The notes below the pieces were generated by a model. It did not search any database, was not told the DNA's origin, and saw nothing but the letters and a program-made list of their open reading frames with translations. A stretch of DNA of 62,559 bases, the filler included, from Sphacelaria rigidula (taxonomy: Eukaryota), in assembly GCA_964200075.2 (NCBI GenBank). It is 10 parts of 10 records of this genome, joined end to end, with 100 filler letters (N's around TTAATTAATTAA, not from the genome) between each part and the next. Parts side by side here need not be neighbours in the genome. Positions count along the whole stretch, not along the records: positions 43,864 to 50,029 come from CAXNAA020021805.1; positions 50,130 to 56,294 come from CAXNAA020021806.1; positions 56,395 to 62,559 come from CAXNAA020021807.1; 7 more parts are not named here. The stretch is one strand, 5' to 3'. The stretch's first letter is position 1, and each line of letters starts with the position of its first letter. A program made the position numbers and the translations under genes. Below, in pieces: positions 48,097 to 61,299 of this stretch.

Positions 48097-48767
48097 TGTG
48101 TACTATGGACGTACCCGATTTAAACAAGACGGAAACACTGGCTGAAAACAAGTAAAGACAGCATGAAGGTAGAACAGACGAGCAGGGTAGACTATAAATA
48201 AAGAAAGGGGAAAACCCAAACATACAAACAGAACAAAACAAACACAAGAACACAGGCAAATCAGAAATGGCCGGCCTCCGTAACACGGCTTCAGGTGGGA
48301 AAGGCTGTGCGTCAAAGCATATGCATTCATAGCCATACGGGAACAAGAAGCCGTAGTAACCGATTGTGGCTCATCTCCTCTGGCCACACCTTTTTTGGCA
48401 TGCGCTCTCACCCATGAACGCTACGGAAGCGACGCACCAATACCTACGACTTGCATACACCTGTACCGGGAGGAAGGAAACGAAGAGAGACATGGAGAGA
48501 TGTGGAGAGAAAGGGAAAACAGAAAAGAAGGAAGCTGCGGAAGTGATGAAACCCAGGGAAACAGTGGGGTAAAGCAAACACAAACGCACAACACATCCAG
48601 GAAACACCGCGAGATCCCCGATGATGGTAAAGGACCAAATCGACAACCGATGAGAAAAGACAGGTCTATATCAGTTTCCGTGTTGACCCGACTCCCCCCA
48701 CTCATCCCTAGTCGAGTACAAAGCGGGTCACTTTCTCAGCCCTCTCTATTCTGGATTCCTCACGAGC

Positions 48768-48833
<66 letters not shown>

Positions 48834-49030
48834 ATTAGAGGTAGCAGCTAACTCCAATTAGCGACTCTCGGTTCAGCAGCCTCTCGTTTGTGGCGAAGGT
48901 CCAATTCGCATTTGCATTCGCGTCGCCACTTCTCCTCGAGATCTTTCCCCCATTTCTCGATTCCAAGATGCCATCTGCCCATGTTCTTCGCGGCAATGAT
49001 CCAACCGTGTGCGTCTTCAACCGTTAAACC
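48768..49030 (-). mobile_element. Probable 3' fragment of an RTE-like LINE ending in a (CAA)n tail
   Basis: Minus-strand ORF end GLTVEDAHGWIIAAKNMGRWHLGIE...LEEKWRR, followed directly by about 21 CAA repeats. Confidence 0.55.
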
Positions 49031-51678
49031 GTTATGGTTGGAAAAAAAATAGTGTCCAACCATCGGATTCCGGAGCAGAGCTAGTGCAAACTCCACGAAG
49101 GCGCTCGGGACTGTTTGAGTCCCCTAAATACCCAAAAGTGAACATCTACACGATCAACCAAGTATACATATTCAACTATCGGGTATCGGGGCCTATAGCT
49201 TCCCCCAAGGATCGGAGTCGAACTGTCTTCACGAAGCATGAAGCGGGTATTTGACCTTTGGGCCAGCAGTGAGCGCTCACTACTTCAGAGGTCAAATGGC
49301 CGCTTCATGAAGACAAGGTACGTTGCGGACGGAGTCAGCCCTGGTCGCATGAGATATCGCCGGGGCCGCACCCCTCGCCAACCTCCCTGCTATCGCATTT
49401 TCTAGCCCATGTTTCAGATAGAGCTATCAAATATCTACCCAAGTAACAAAATATCGGGGGTTGGAGTCCCAGGACGATCGAGTGGAAGTGGAGTTGGAAC
49501 GGTGAATAGGGCGGCTTGTGAGTGGTGTGGTCCCGGATATATCTGATGTGACCATGGCGGACGTGGCTGACAACAAGTCGTTTGTTCGTAACGCGGATAT
49601 TTGGCCTTTGAAACAGTCATGAGCGCACTGGTTCAACGATCAAATACCCGCTTTACCAACGAACTGAGACACACCGTAATACTGAACCCTTGTGCCATTT
49701 GCCGATCGTGCGACTCCATGAAGCGTAACATCTTTGAGGTCGAGAGTAGGAACTGACGAAGTTATGGCCGGTCAGCGAAAACTCACCCCTTGGATGCTGT
49801 CACCACAGTGATGCGTGGGGCACACCAAGCTTCGAAATCGTACAGGGGCGCCCGGCCAAGCACCAGCTGCAAGTAAAACGTTGATACCATCAAGTGTTTG
49901 AAAACGAATTGATCCTAAACCAGCTGCAGCTCTCCCCCCATTCGAGCTTGATGTAAACAATTCACGGTTAGGACAAATCATCACGACTCAAAATCACCAA
50001 ATTCACGATTTCTTCTGCCTGATTGCCCGNNNNNNNNNNNNNNNNNNNNNNNNNNNNNNNNNNNNNNNNNNNNTTAATTAATTAANNNNNNNNNNNNNNN
50101 NNNNNNNNNNNNNNNNNNNNNNNNNNNNNGTTCAATCACTGATTGACCGCTTTTCACTCTCAATCGTATCATCTACTCTCAATCTCACGAAAACACTGTT
50201 TACGGCGTCTAGTTTGGTGCCGCACGTCTTTGGACCTACTCGTATACATAATCAAAGTGCGGGGCCAGAAATTATTGTGTGGCGATTCGTGCTGCACTGC
50301 GAAGTGGTACTTTGTTTTACACCCGCTGCGCGGAATTTTCAATAGGACAGTCATCCTGATACCCTTGCATTTGTGCATGTTAATTTGCGATCGCGACGAG
50401 CAAAGATGCAGTGGCGCTTCTCTGGTATTCACCGTTCCTTTTTTTGAGAGCGTACGAGTACGTCCTCGAGCCCTTTTGGGAATAACATTTTTTGCAATAA
50501 GCGCGTCGGCATTTCCCGCAGAGGACGTCGATGGATTAATCAGACCGCGCGAGGTATTTTCGTTGTGTAATCCGAGTCGTATTGGGGTAGTTCATACGTG
50601 AGTACGAAATCTATGTGCGAGCATCTCGTACTGTAGCCCCTAACGCGGCAACATGTCTATCGAGGCACACTAGATGATCTCGTTTATCTTCCACCAGTAG
50701 CGGTTGTCGATTAACTCTGGGGGGGGGTTGCAGGGGGGGGAGGGGGTCCTGCACAAACTCTACCGCGACTCCCCAATTCCCCCGCAAGACTGATTTGAGC
50801 CCTGATTTGTTTCACCGCTGCCATACCCAACCCGTATGCTGAAAGGGGAAGATACCTGTTTCCCAAAATGTGGATATCGTTGACCTTCACTCCTTCACCC
50901 GTTTATGCCAAGATCAAACACTCGACAAAACAGACTATTAGTAAACGCCAGAAACCGGACAGAATTGAGGTCAGACCAAAAGCTTCACGAAAATCACACG
51001 CTCCCGAATCTTCTCCTCGCTTGCCTGTCGGCAAGGAAGCCAAGACGGACATATCGGGTGTGCTTACTGTAACTCCCAGGATATATCCTTGTCTCAACAC
51101 GCCCACACACATGCGGCAACACATGTCACATGTCGCCTCCCAGCACATCTCATGGGATGTTCCCGTGAACGAATATCCTCGAGTCATCGTCCACTCGCGT
51201 CACCGGAGTAACTTCATACTCGGGCGATGGTCAAGACAGGTAGCTTGTCCCCTCCATCACTTCTCTGCACCCAGGCCCACGTCTACATGCACATCTACAC
51301 ACAAGGACGTACACACGGGTCCGTTCCAGTGGCTAACGACCCCTGTGACCCACAAGGTTGCCACCCCCACTTCTAGGTATGGTAGCATTATACATGGCCA
51401 CTTGAAGTTCATCTTTGCTGTTTGAAAACTGCGCGAAAACAGGAGCACGCCGACAGTCATCCTCTCCTACTTATGCCGTACTGAAACGGCATTCAATTTG
51501 TTCGGGGAAGGAGGGGGAAGGAGGGGGAAGGGGGGGGCAGGAGAACGAAGAAGAAAACGAACGAACTCTATAAAGAGTTGAAATTTCAACACCAAAACGA
51601 GCGTCGTCAGCACTAAGGTAAGGCTCCAGCTCTCTGTTCCTGGAGACACCGGGCAACAAAATTTAGAGTTCACTACTT

Positions 51679-51792
51679 TCACGCAGCCCCCTGCTTCTCC
51701 ACCCAACGCGTCAGAAGCCGCACCCCGTAGCCAGTTGCACCCACATCATCGCTCCAAACGGGCCCGGCAATGTCCAGGTGTGCCCAGGGGGT
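51679..51792 (-). CDS. LAP: Leucyl aminopeptidase (peptidase M17), last exon
   Basis: CAG acceptor. [37 protein letters not shown] contains the M17 WAHLDIAG and ATGYGV motifs and is in frame with the previous exon. Confidence 0.95.
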   Translation of the reverse strand, partial: TPWAHLDIAGPVWSDDVGATGYGVRLLTRWVEKQGAA

Positions 51793-54078
51793 CTGCCGAC
51801 AGCGTACGAAAGGGAAGGAAGACGGAACACATGAAAGTTGCGCATCCCTTTTGAACACGAAGCCCTTTCAAAATTTGGTAGTGATAGATGGGACGACAAC
51901 ACACACAATCGTTGGAGTATTCGTCAAGCACCTGGTCAAGGTATACCTTCAATCACTCACTGAGTGTCGGCCAATAGTGTGTGTGCAAGGACCAATATAT
52001 AAAGTATTCATTATACCGTATCATGCTCCCAGTATCCAGGCGCTGGGTCCTGTGTCAGGATGTGGAGAGTGAGAATCCAAGGACAGAGGATAGAGATGTG
52101 GACTCCACAATCGAGCAATTTGGCAAAAAATCGGTCCATCAAATCCCGAAGCGCCACGATCCTGCGCTCATGTTTGGATACCAATGCGCCGGGCACGTGG
52201 TTCACGTGGGTGTGCAGGGAATGTTTGAAAAAAAAATGTTCAGGACAGCAAGATGCGACGGGTGAGAAACTCATGCACGCCGGTGCCCTGGATGAGAGAG
52301 CACCCCACCATAGCAGTGAAACGGCAATCCGTATTGACTGTTTTGGGCGTGTTCTACGCGGAGATCATGACCAACTGCAGCAGCAGCAGTAGTTAGCGCA
52401 CGAGTAACACACGAAAAAGCAAGACCACCTCGCGAAGACATAGTTCACAAGTCGTAATTGAACAATAACGCCCACGTAGGCGACATTGTAAGGCGTTCCT
52501 CGTCACAACGGCCTGCTGGCAAAGAAGGGAGTATTGCATTTCACAGGTGCGGAAAGGAGCCAGACGTTGGAGGGGCGCACCGCTGACGCCGTTTTGTCGC
52601 TGCTCTGCTGCACCCGGAAAACGAGTACAACCCTTTTGGCGCCACGGTGGATCATCTGGGTCTTGCCCTTATTGTTTTGAGCTGACAGAGGTACACACAT
52701 GAAATCAACACCCCCACATAAAAGCCTGGTGTAAGCTCACAAGTGGACACAGAGACAAAACGAATGGAACCGTGGCGCGAGGAGCTCCCCATCACGCAAG
52801 CCCGCTACCCAAGGTAAAGATAGAGCTAATCGCCTTCAGAATTGGGGAGGGGGGCGTCGGAGGGTATACTGCTGTGTTGGGGGTGCTCTGTGCCTCTGCC
52901 TTACATCGTTGCCACAATGCGGCATCTGGGGACAATCACGTATTTGACCACCAGGGTAGGTCATCCGGGCTTGACGCTCACTTTTCACGTGAGAACGCTG
53001 TAAACTCGACAGATGGTCCACCCCATTCGTCTAGCTCTTCGATCACCAGAAAAGGTAACCGGCATCATTCGCTATTTTTAGTTGAAAGATGGGTGTAAGA
53101 CCCGAATGACCCAACCTGACGAGAAAAGGGTTAATTGGAGAGGCATGGCGGCTACTGCTCTATACTGCACTGACTGTGTACAAGTAGAATGCTGCGCAGT
53201 GAGCGTTGTACTATCCTGTGGTGTACTGCAGCGCCGTGCAGAGAGTCAGCGTATAAACACACATGAATATACACACACACACACACACACACACACGATG
53301 GGGTTCAAACATGTCCGGGCCCGCCGCGACCACATTGCCTTGCTGCACTTCGCATGCCGCATTACAGGCAACACTGTAGATTGTTCAGCACAGCCAAGAA
53401 CGACTAAATCCCCCTCGTGTTCGCTGTGGACGTCATGCACAGCGCAACAGGATAGTAATACAAACGACATACATTTGGTCCCGCGACTTGGATTCATCAA
53501 CAAGCACATACCCCTAATCCACTCTTGAACTGTGTAGTCTGTACTATTATACTGTGTGTACCTATTTCCCCGTTTCATCCATCAGTCCCGCCGGTTGCCA
53601 GCTGATATCCTGCAACACAATACTGGCCATCAAATCGTTTCTGGCTGCTGCGGTGGGTCGTGCTCTGCGATCCAAGATGCTCGGCCTACAATGCATGGAT
53701 ACCAAAAAGTGTCTCCACGTGAAACGATCAATACATCGTGGGGCATCCCGAAATCCATCTGCGGTGGTCCAATGCATTCACGTGTTGGACCTTCATGCCC
53801 ACTATACTATTTGCACAAACCGAGCGAGCTGGAACTAGGGTTAGCCCACCGATGCATCTTGACTCGCGAACGACGGCAAACAGGACACAGAATATGGGAT
53901 CAAGATCGGTTTTGATTGGTCATGGTAACCGAAAAGAAGACGTAACTGTAGGATTTGGCATTTGTTCCTCCCGCGGCTCACCATTCTCATGCAGTCGCGG
54001 CGAATGCCCACGATTGGACACGTTTTTCAACACAAGAAACAGATGTGAAACGGGGGAGAGGTAAGGAGGCGTCTTCAC

Positions 54079-54234
54079 CTTCTCCACGAACTCCTTCAGG
54101 AAAAGCGCTGCGGTGATGGCCGACCCCGGCCGCGCGCCCACGTTCTTCAAGTCAGAAATCTTGGACTTCACTTGATCACCGTACTCCTCTGCGAGGGGCA
54201 TCCGCCAAAGCTTCTCTCCCGTCTCAGCGCCGAT
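54079..54234 (-). CDS. LAP: Leucyl aminopeptidase (peptidase M17), penultimate exon
   Basis: [57 protein letters not shown], 156 bp, phase 0. Confidence 0.95.
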
Positions 54235-56394
54235 CTGCACACAAAAAACGCGCCAGGCATCAGCGAGCAGGGGGAGGGGGGGGATTCACATCTCCACCAC
54301 TGAGAATGCATCATTTGGGAAAACAGCTTCTTGATGGAATATGCAAGTCTGAGAGTATTATACAGTGAGGGGTGGCTAGTTTTTCGAAAGGGCTGAGCAA
54401 ATTCATCTTACGAAATAGAAAAAATGATCATTCGGGGGAGGGGGGGAGGATTTTTCCACGTTAGCATTCCGTCGGACCGACTCGTGGAAACTCGTCGTGG
54501 ACAGGCGGAAGTATTGCCAAGAAGTACAAGAACCATATCCTTTAATGGCCGAAACGGGCTTGCCCATTTCATACAGGAATACGCTTGCATCCATTTCCGT
54601 CAGGCACGTTCATCTTGTCATTATGAATGGATTCAATGGGTTCCTAGCGGGTCAGCTAGTATGCGACAACCATGTGCGCGGCAAAGGTTTGAGCCGGATT
54701 TCGAAAGACGCATCGACTCTGCCAATGAACTGTTACCGCGACAAGAAACAAGTGTCTCTGAAGATAGCCACTTGACCTCCGTTCTTCATGTTTGTCCTAA
54801 GGTGATGGCGAAGGATACTCTAAATCCAAGCGATTTACCACCAGACGTAGTCAGATCTCTCAACTAAAGTCCTTACTTGAGTTTGTTGCTGTATTTGGAG
54901 TACAGATACACAGCTTTGAGATCTCAACACAAGTTGACCGCGAGTCAGAAGAATCGAGTTGATGTGGTCGCAAAGACAACGCAAAAAATCGGCCGAGTGG
55001 TGGAGTTCCGTGAAGATCACACCCTACACAACCACAAAAAAGGGCAGCAGGAGAAGGTGTGGATACCAAATAAACGTCTACATGCAATTCATCACTCCTG
55101 CACAATCATACCGCTGCCTGCAGAAACCTTCAGTGTGACTGATTGTCGTGCATTAACCGATCCCCCACCAGCCCTGTAGTGGTCATCATCCACGAGATGG
55201 ATTTACCCCCCCCCCCCCCAAAAAGCACTTCTTGTTGAGATGTTTTTTGTCAACGCAGATGCTTCCCAGTGGGGGAAGGACGTAGAGAGGGCGGGGGCGG
55301 AATGGGCTGGGGCATGGTGAGAGTGGTCAGCGGTGTCAACTTCAAAGTAGCCCCTACAGCACCAACATGATCACCAATCACAATTTCGCTGAGACATCCA
55401 TCGGTTGGTGTCCGCGGACTGGGATCAGGGACCGAAATATGTTTGGTAAACAGACATTCCCTCGCGCAAACCTTCCAATCAGCGGACGACAAACTTGGAG
55501 CGCTGAGACGCAATGGTGTGGAGAACGCCATCGAACACTGTGGTATAGTATGCAGAAATAAACAACTTTCGGTTCACGGGTGATGGACATTTCGCAAAAT
55601 CTACTCGGAAAAGTGATCAAAATGGTAAGGGGGGACAGCTGTAAGCTGATAAACACCATCCCAAGTGCAGGCAGACAAGGACGCGTGTCGAAACGCCGGT
55701 AGACGAATCTGAGAGCAGTTCTACGTGATGCGTGTACTTTTTGGAAACCTCCGGTTCACTTTTCCCATTTCACCTGCAAAAAGTTGAAAAACATCTCTTT
55801 TTATGCTAAACGGTTTGGGGCCCGCGTCGACGTTCCGCATCTACCGTCACACCGTCTTATACCAGCAACGCGAGCACCCACCATCGGGATCATCCCCAAA
55901 AACCGCAAGTCATATCTAGGTGCAGTATAGTCATGGAGTGTGCAGTACTGGGGACGAGCGTGCCCCGAACTACATGACACAAGCAACAGTGCTGATTTTT
56001 TGGTGTGCCCGTTTTTCGACTCATAGATGGGAACTAACAACCGCGGTGGGGAAAACCAATTCACCTTCCTAAATTGAAAAAATAAAAAAAAGGGAATGTG
56101 AACGATAGACGCGCAGCAATGGCAATACGAGTAGTGTCTCTATTTTTCGGTGAGATCAGCCTCGACAATAACACGCAGCTGGCTGTCATCGCAGGAAGCT
56201 GGGGCGGCCAGGAGTTGGGGGAAGTGGGTGTACTCATGATCATGCATGCCATAGCCATCAGACCATTGACCTCGCATCCCTACAAAGCTGGGACNNNNNN
56301 NNNNNNNNNNNNNNNNNNNNNNNNNNNNNNNNNNNNNNTTAATTAATTAANNNNNNNNNNNNNNNNNNNNNNNNNNNNNNNNNNNNNNNNNNNN

Positions 56395-56502
<108 letters not shown>

Positions 56503-57680
56503 CAATGTTACGCCCAGTAAACAATTCTTTTTTTTATAGTTTTTTAGACGCCTCCTTATAAAATGCTGGATGATGGAAAGTATCCCGATTTCGCGTGGAG
56601 GGTCTGCGCCTGTTTTTCACACAGCAGCGGACCGAACAGCATCGCTCTGGCGGAAAGCGGGGACGCGAGGGCGATCGAGGTGTGTTGAAATACAGACAGG
56701 CAGCCCCTCTTGCAAGTTTTAACGGTAGCAGTAACGGAAGCAACGAGTAATCGCAGGATCCGCGTGGCCGAGGGTGAACACCACCCCCCCCCCGTGAAAC
56801 CTGCCCTCCGGTGTTTAGGGAGAGCACCGTGCTCGCGCTACACCTTTGGCAGAGATATGGAGAGTTGTTTCCCCATCTAAAACAAATAGGCTTTCCATTG
56901 CAAAATGTATATTGAAATCCATCCATGCTAATAAATAAACGACTTGGCTGAAGTTTGAAAAAATCACGTTTTGCTCCGTACCCGTGCACGTCTGCTCTGG
57001 AGTGCCAGATATGGTGAAAACAGAACTCCTAACTTCAGTACAGCACAGTACAGTATTGCACCTGGTACAGTGCAGTAGCAGTACAGCACAGCACAGCACA
57101 GCAGAACATGGTGCTGTGTATTACACTACCACCAAGGGCATGGTGCAGTCCGCCAAAGATAAGGGTAGTTGCTGAAGTGTATCCACGTAAGGGCGGTCGG
57201 GTCGAATCCTGCAAGAATCAAATCCTGCGCACTGTGTGCGTGGATAATGTGTATGTCTTTGGGTTGCGTCGTCCATCACCCACATCGCTGATAGTGCTCC
57301 TGTTGGCTCCTGGAGCGTATGTTCGGAACCCCCGTCCGGATTCTAACGGCCGTACACGTTGAGCAACACCCACGGAGTCGACGTAGACATACAAACCTAC
57401 TTGATTAGTTGAACGGTGCTACAGTACCACGATCGAACGCTGTAGCATCAGATGTAAGTATCATATGTCAAAACCACAGCTCCGCTGGCGTAGGCCGGTA
57501 TTCCACGAGTGTTCTTGACTTCGTACTCTCGGTGCCTTCTCCGGGTCAACCCTTGCCAGCGCTGCCGAAATGATCAGGGTGGGCGTGGATGTTCTGATAT
57601 ATTTCCACAACTATGGGAAAGATATTTCTTCGAATATGGGAAAGAAGAAGTGATCGCGCCGAGAATCTACCTCGCACTTC

Positions 57681-57770
57681 TTTTGTTCGTCTGAACGAAT
57701 TCCATCACTGAGCCACTCAGTCAGCGCTGACTGAGTGGCTCCATGGTGGAGTTCGTTCCGACGAACAAAA
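57681..57770. repeat. 90-bp loopless palindrome with a 32-bp perfect core
   Basis: Arms match at 40/45 positions. Core GAGCCACTCAGTCAGCGCTGACTGAGTGGCTC (57710-57741). Confidence 0.92.
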
Positions 57771-58014
57771 CACACGATGGAAGGCACGCTATGTCAAACG
57801 CACTGATCTCAACCCTCCACCCATTCACCCCCCGGTCCATTCTCTCCCTTTTGACGGTAGACGTGGAGGATCCCCAAAACTCACTCACGGGGTGCAACGT
57901 CTGGATGCCTGTTCGAACGTCGGCGGGGGCAGTCCGAATGTTGCATACGACACCAGTGTCGATCCCGAGGTAACAGCGCCACGAGTCCCAGGTCGCTGCA
58001 TGGTTCCAAGGTTG

Positions 58015-59110
58015 TGTTCTGTAGGATACGGTTCTCTGTATACCGGGGGTATTTTCCCGGGTATTTACCATCCCCGACAGTTCTGTGACTTCTGTAAGGC
58101 GTTCATACCGGCACCCGGCAGTTTTGTAATCTCTCCAAGACTTTCATACCCTTACCCAATAGTTTTGTGAGTTATGTAAGCCTCGCGTACCGTCTCTGGG
58201 GGGTACGGGTACGCTTTTGATCAGATACCCGATTGCGGGTACGGTTTTCTGGGCAACCTGCATACCCTGCCCAACAGTTTCTGTGAGTTCTGTAAGCTTC
58301 CCATACCCTTACCCGACAGTTCTGTGAGTTCTGTACATAATGTTTACCCGCACCCGGAGCGGAGGTATGCTCTTGAAGACGAACCCCATTGTCGGTACGT
58401 TTTTTCTGTAAGTCTCACATACCATACCCGACAAGTTCTGCAATTTCTGTGAGACTTATATTCAGTACAGGTGCCCGACAGTTCTGTGAGCTCTGTAATC
58501 CTCCCATACCCCTACCCGGGGTTAGGGTATACCGTTGTAGATATACCCGATTGTAGGTACAGCACAGGTATCTACGTTGGAGAGGTATGAATATAGGCTC
58601 AATCCAAACACAACCTCATGACCTGAACATGTACCTCCCATCGAGCAACTCACCCTACTCCTTCATTCAACACTGCACACTACCAAAAAATCAATGTAGG
58701 AAAGTTCTTTAGTTTATAATTTGACGGGATACGAGGTACTGCTGAGTGGAAACACGAAACATGAGCAGCACTGCAGACCGTCTGAATGGATCACCCCCAG
58801 ACTCGAGTGAGGCGGCTCACCTGCGCCACCAGGGGAGCAAGTAGCAAGACGCACGCCATCGATGTTGATGGTGGTTGTGTTGTGGTCATCGATTCCCAAG
58901 CCGTTATGCTCTTGAAGACGAGCCCCATTGTCGGCGCGGTTTTTCTGTAAGTCTCCCGGACTGTACCCGACAAGTTCTGCAATGTCTGTAAGATTTTTCA
59001 ACCGGTACCCGGCAGTTTCTACATTTCTGTGAGACTTTCATACCGGTACCCTATATTTCTTCGAGTTTTGTAAGGAGTCTCGTACCCTACAGAACATACC
59101 CGCACCCTAT
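58015..59110. repeat. Degenerate repeat element built from TACCCG and TTCTGTGAGTTCTGTAAG modules, with an internal ~90-bp duplication
   Basis: Repeated TACCC(G/A)ACAGTTCTGTGAGTTCTGTA units. TATGCTCTTGAAGACGA.CCCCATTGTCGG occurs at about 58366 and 58905. Confidence 0.75.
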
Positions 59111-59399
59111 AGGACACAACCTTGCATGATTCTGCAAAGCGCAATTGCTTAATGTAGCAGCATCTGACTCTTGGCTCATGTTTGTGATCATGGTTGTGAT
59201 TTTGTTTGGAATCAATGGCGCCTACAGTTGTGCTTTTCAGAGCTTGGTACGAGTATTTGATTCCGACGCTCCCAATTTTAAACCGCCGAAACAGCTGACA
59301 TATTGTATCCATATATCGATTTATCTCATGTCCTCCAGACCGGTGGTGAAGCAACTGTATCACTCGGGCCTCCATTCCTCTCAACTCGTACCACATCCG

Positions 59400-61299
59400 T
59401 TGTTGGGAGTGGATCTCGACGGACAGACTCCGAGTGAGTCAGCCAGATGGCGCGGGGGAGGAGCGGCGACGCTGCGGACGGCGGCAACTGCGGAACGTGG
59501 AGGTTTCGACGGCAAAGGTTTCGCAGGGCCGACATAGCGGACATATCTTGCGGTGGTGACAGACGGACGGCGGAGCGGGGCTACGTCGGTGCCGACGACG
59601 GTGAGAAGGGTGGGTGTTGGCACCCGTGCGGCGGTTCGGAAAACTCCACCATTGTATATTGCGGTACTGACAGGCAGCGGGGAAATAGCGGCGGCAGCGG
59701 ACCAAGGTCTGCGTGGTGCGGCGCTTCCCCACCCTTCCAGTCTTTGCTGTGGTGGCGTAATAGTAGTGGGCCTGATCAGAGTATCCACAGCGCAGCTGGA
59801 CCCGGGATAGGTGAGGGTGAGATGTCCACAGTCCACTGCATCATCCACCCCGGGCGGCTGTTCAAGAAGCACTAGAAGAAGTGACTGGTGACTTCGATCG
59901 ATACTGATCAGTGGATTATTGTGTTGCTAGATATTTCCTCCGGGTATATCACGCCGCAGGGCTCCGACGCAGTGCAAGTCACTGTTGAATGATTGTGAGC
60001 GGTGGCCCCCGGTACATTCTCGAGAACAGGGTGTACAGCTCCACCGAGAATCTGAGGGATGGGAGTGAGAGCGCTTGGCCGCCCGCCAGACAGCATACGT
60101 GATTGACGTCATCTATGAAGGTAGCATTATATGTGTTGACCTACCTTTTGGCTGGATGCGACTTCTCACCATATGTGTCTAAGATTCCTTTCCTCAGGCT
60201 GTGGGATTTCGTGCTGAAGGCCCTGCGTACGCCGAATCTGTTTACAGCATCGATATTCACGGAAGAGGACGGCATCCTGAGAGTGGACATCGATGAGGGC
60301 GTGAAGCTGCCGGCCGCCATGTTTTTTTTCCAGGGAAGAAAACGCTTCTGCGCAAATCGCCACGGAGCCGGGGCTTCTCTTCGCCACGGGGGGGTGGGAC
60401 TTGGGGTCGTATGTCAACAAGACCCGCCTGTGTATCACCACAGTACATGAGCATATGCCTTCCCGGTGCTGCCCAGACTTGGATGCCTGTCGGAAGCACG
60501 TGGGTAGGTCTGACGCGATTTTCGAACACCGGGGAGGGAGATTTCAGAAGAAGATGCCCACGGTGGACTTCAACGGCCGCGGTTGTGTTGTTGAACCCCA
60601 GAAGACTCACCACAAGCGAGGCATAAAACTGAAGAGTAGAGAGGCAGAGGCGCTCACGCGGGACAACATCGTTTCTTATTTATCAAGCCACACGTATGAC
60701 GATGGGTCCGGGAACGTGCGGACCCTGACGTGCTCATGTAACCCGGCAAAGGCGCCACAAAGAGACCACCGCTGCAAAACAATTAGGTGTCTGGGGAACT
60801 GCACGCTGAGCTGCGGTTGCCAGGGTCGCTGCTTGCTATCCCCGCCGTCCTCTGGGGCAACCGAGGCGACTTCCAGTGGTGATGCTGACAGTAGAAATGG
60901 CGGTGCACGTGAACGATCTATTTCTGCCAGGGGCGGATCCGCGGCGAACCGTGGGAGGCGCGGATCCACAGCGAAGCGGGGAGGGGCGGATCCACGGCGG
61001 ACCGTGGAAGGGTCAAGGCGAGTGGAGCGACCAGCGCGTCGAGGGCAGCAGTCAGCGTGAGGCACAGCGATGAGCCGCGCCGGTTTGGCGGTGGGGGTAT
61101 GGTGGGAGAGGGATGGGGTCTAGGAATATCCCCGAATAGTCGTTCTTGTCGCGACGGTGGACATGAAGACTACAACAGTGTCGGGTCAAGAAGTGCAGCC
61201 GGCATCTGGATTGGATATTCCGATTTGGAGTGCAGCGGGTCGGAGACAGATGGCCCGGCAACGGAGGCAGAGAATGAGTATGATGATTTCATGTTTTGA
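59400..61299 (+). pseudogene. Second diverged copy of the AcademX-like XPG + Cys8 ORF (frameshifted)
   Basis: GIGEGEMST, SIDTDQW, YLLAGCDFSP, CPDLDACRKHVGRSD, CSCNPAKAPQRDHRCKTIRCLGNCTLSCGCQGRC (8 Cys) and AGIWIGYSDLECS. Colinear with 12700-14551. Confidence 0.75.

Noticed and set aside
43692..50198. 6.5-kb composite transposon bounded by inverted CAGTGTTT termini
   Set aside because: The ends are on different contigs and the flanks (ATGAAGAA and TTTACGGC) do not form a TSD.
57721..58071. YLGIDTG in a minus-strand ORF as a RuvC-I motif of a Fanzor/TnpB nuclease
   Set aside because: No RuvC-II, zinc finger or RuvC-III motifs follow. The ORF runs from a repeat into a palindrome.
59145..59300. 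VRVFDSDAPNFK as the XPG N-domain VFDG motif of the second Academ-like copy
   Set aside because: A single short match with no second copy to confirm it, in sequence that looks intron-like. Possible but unsupported.
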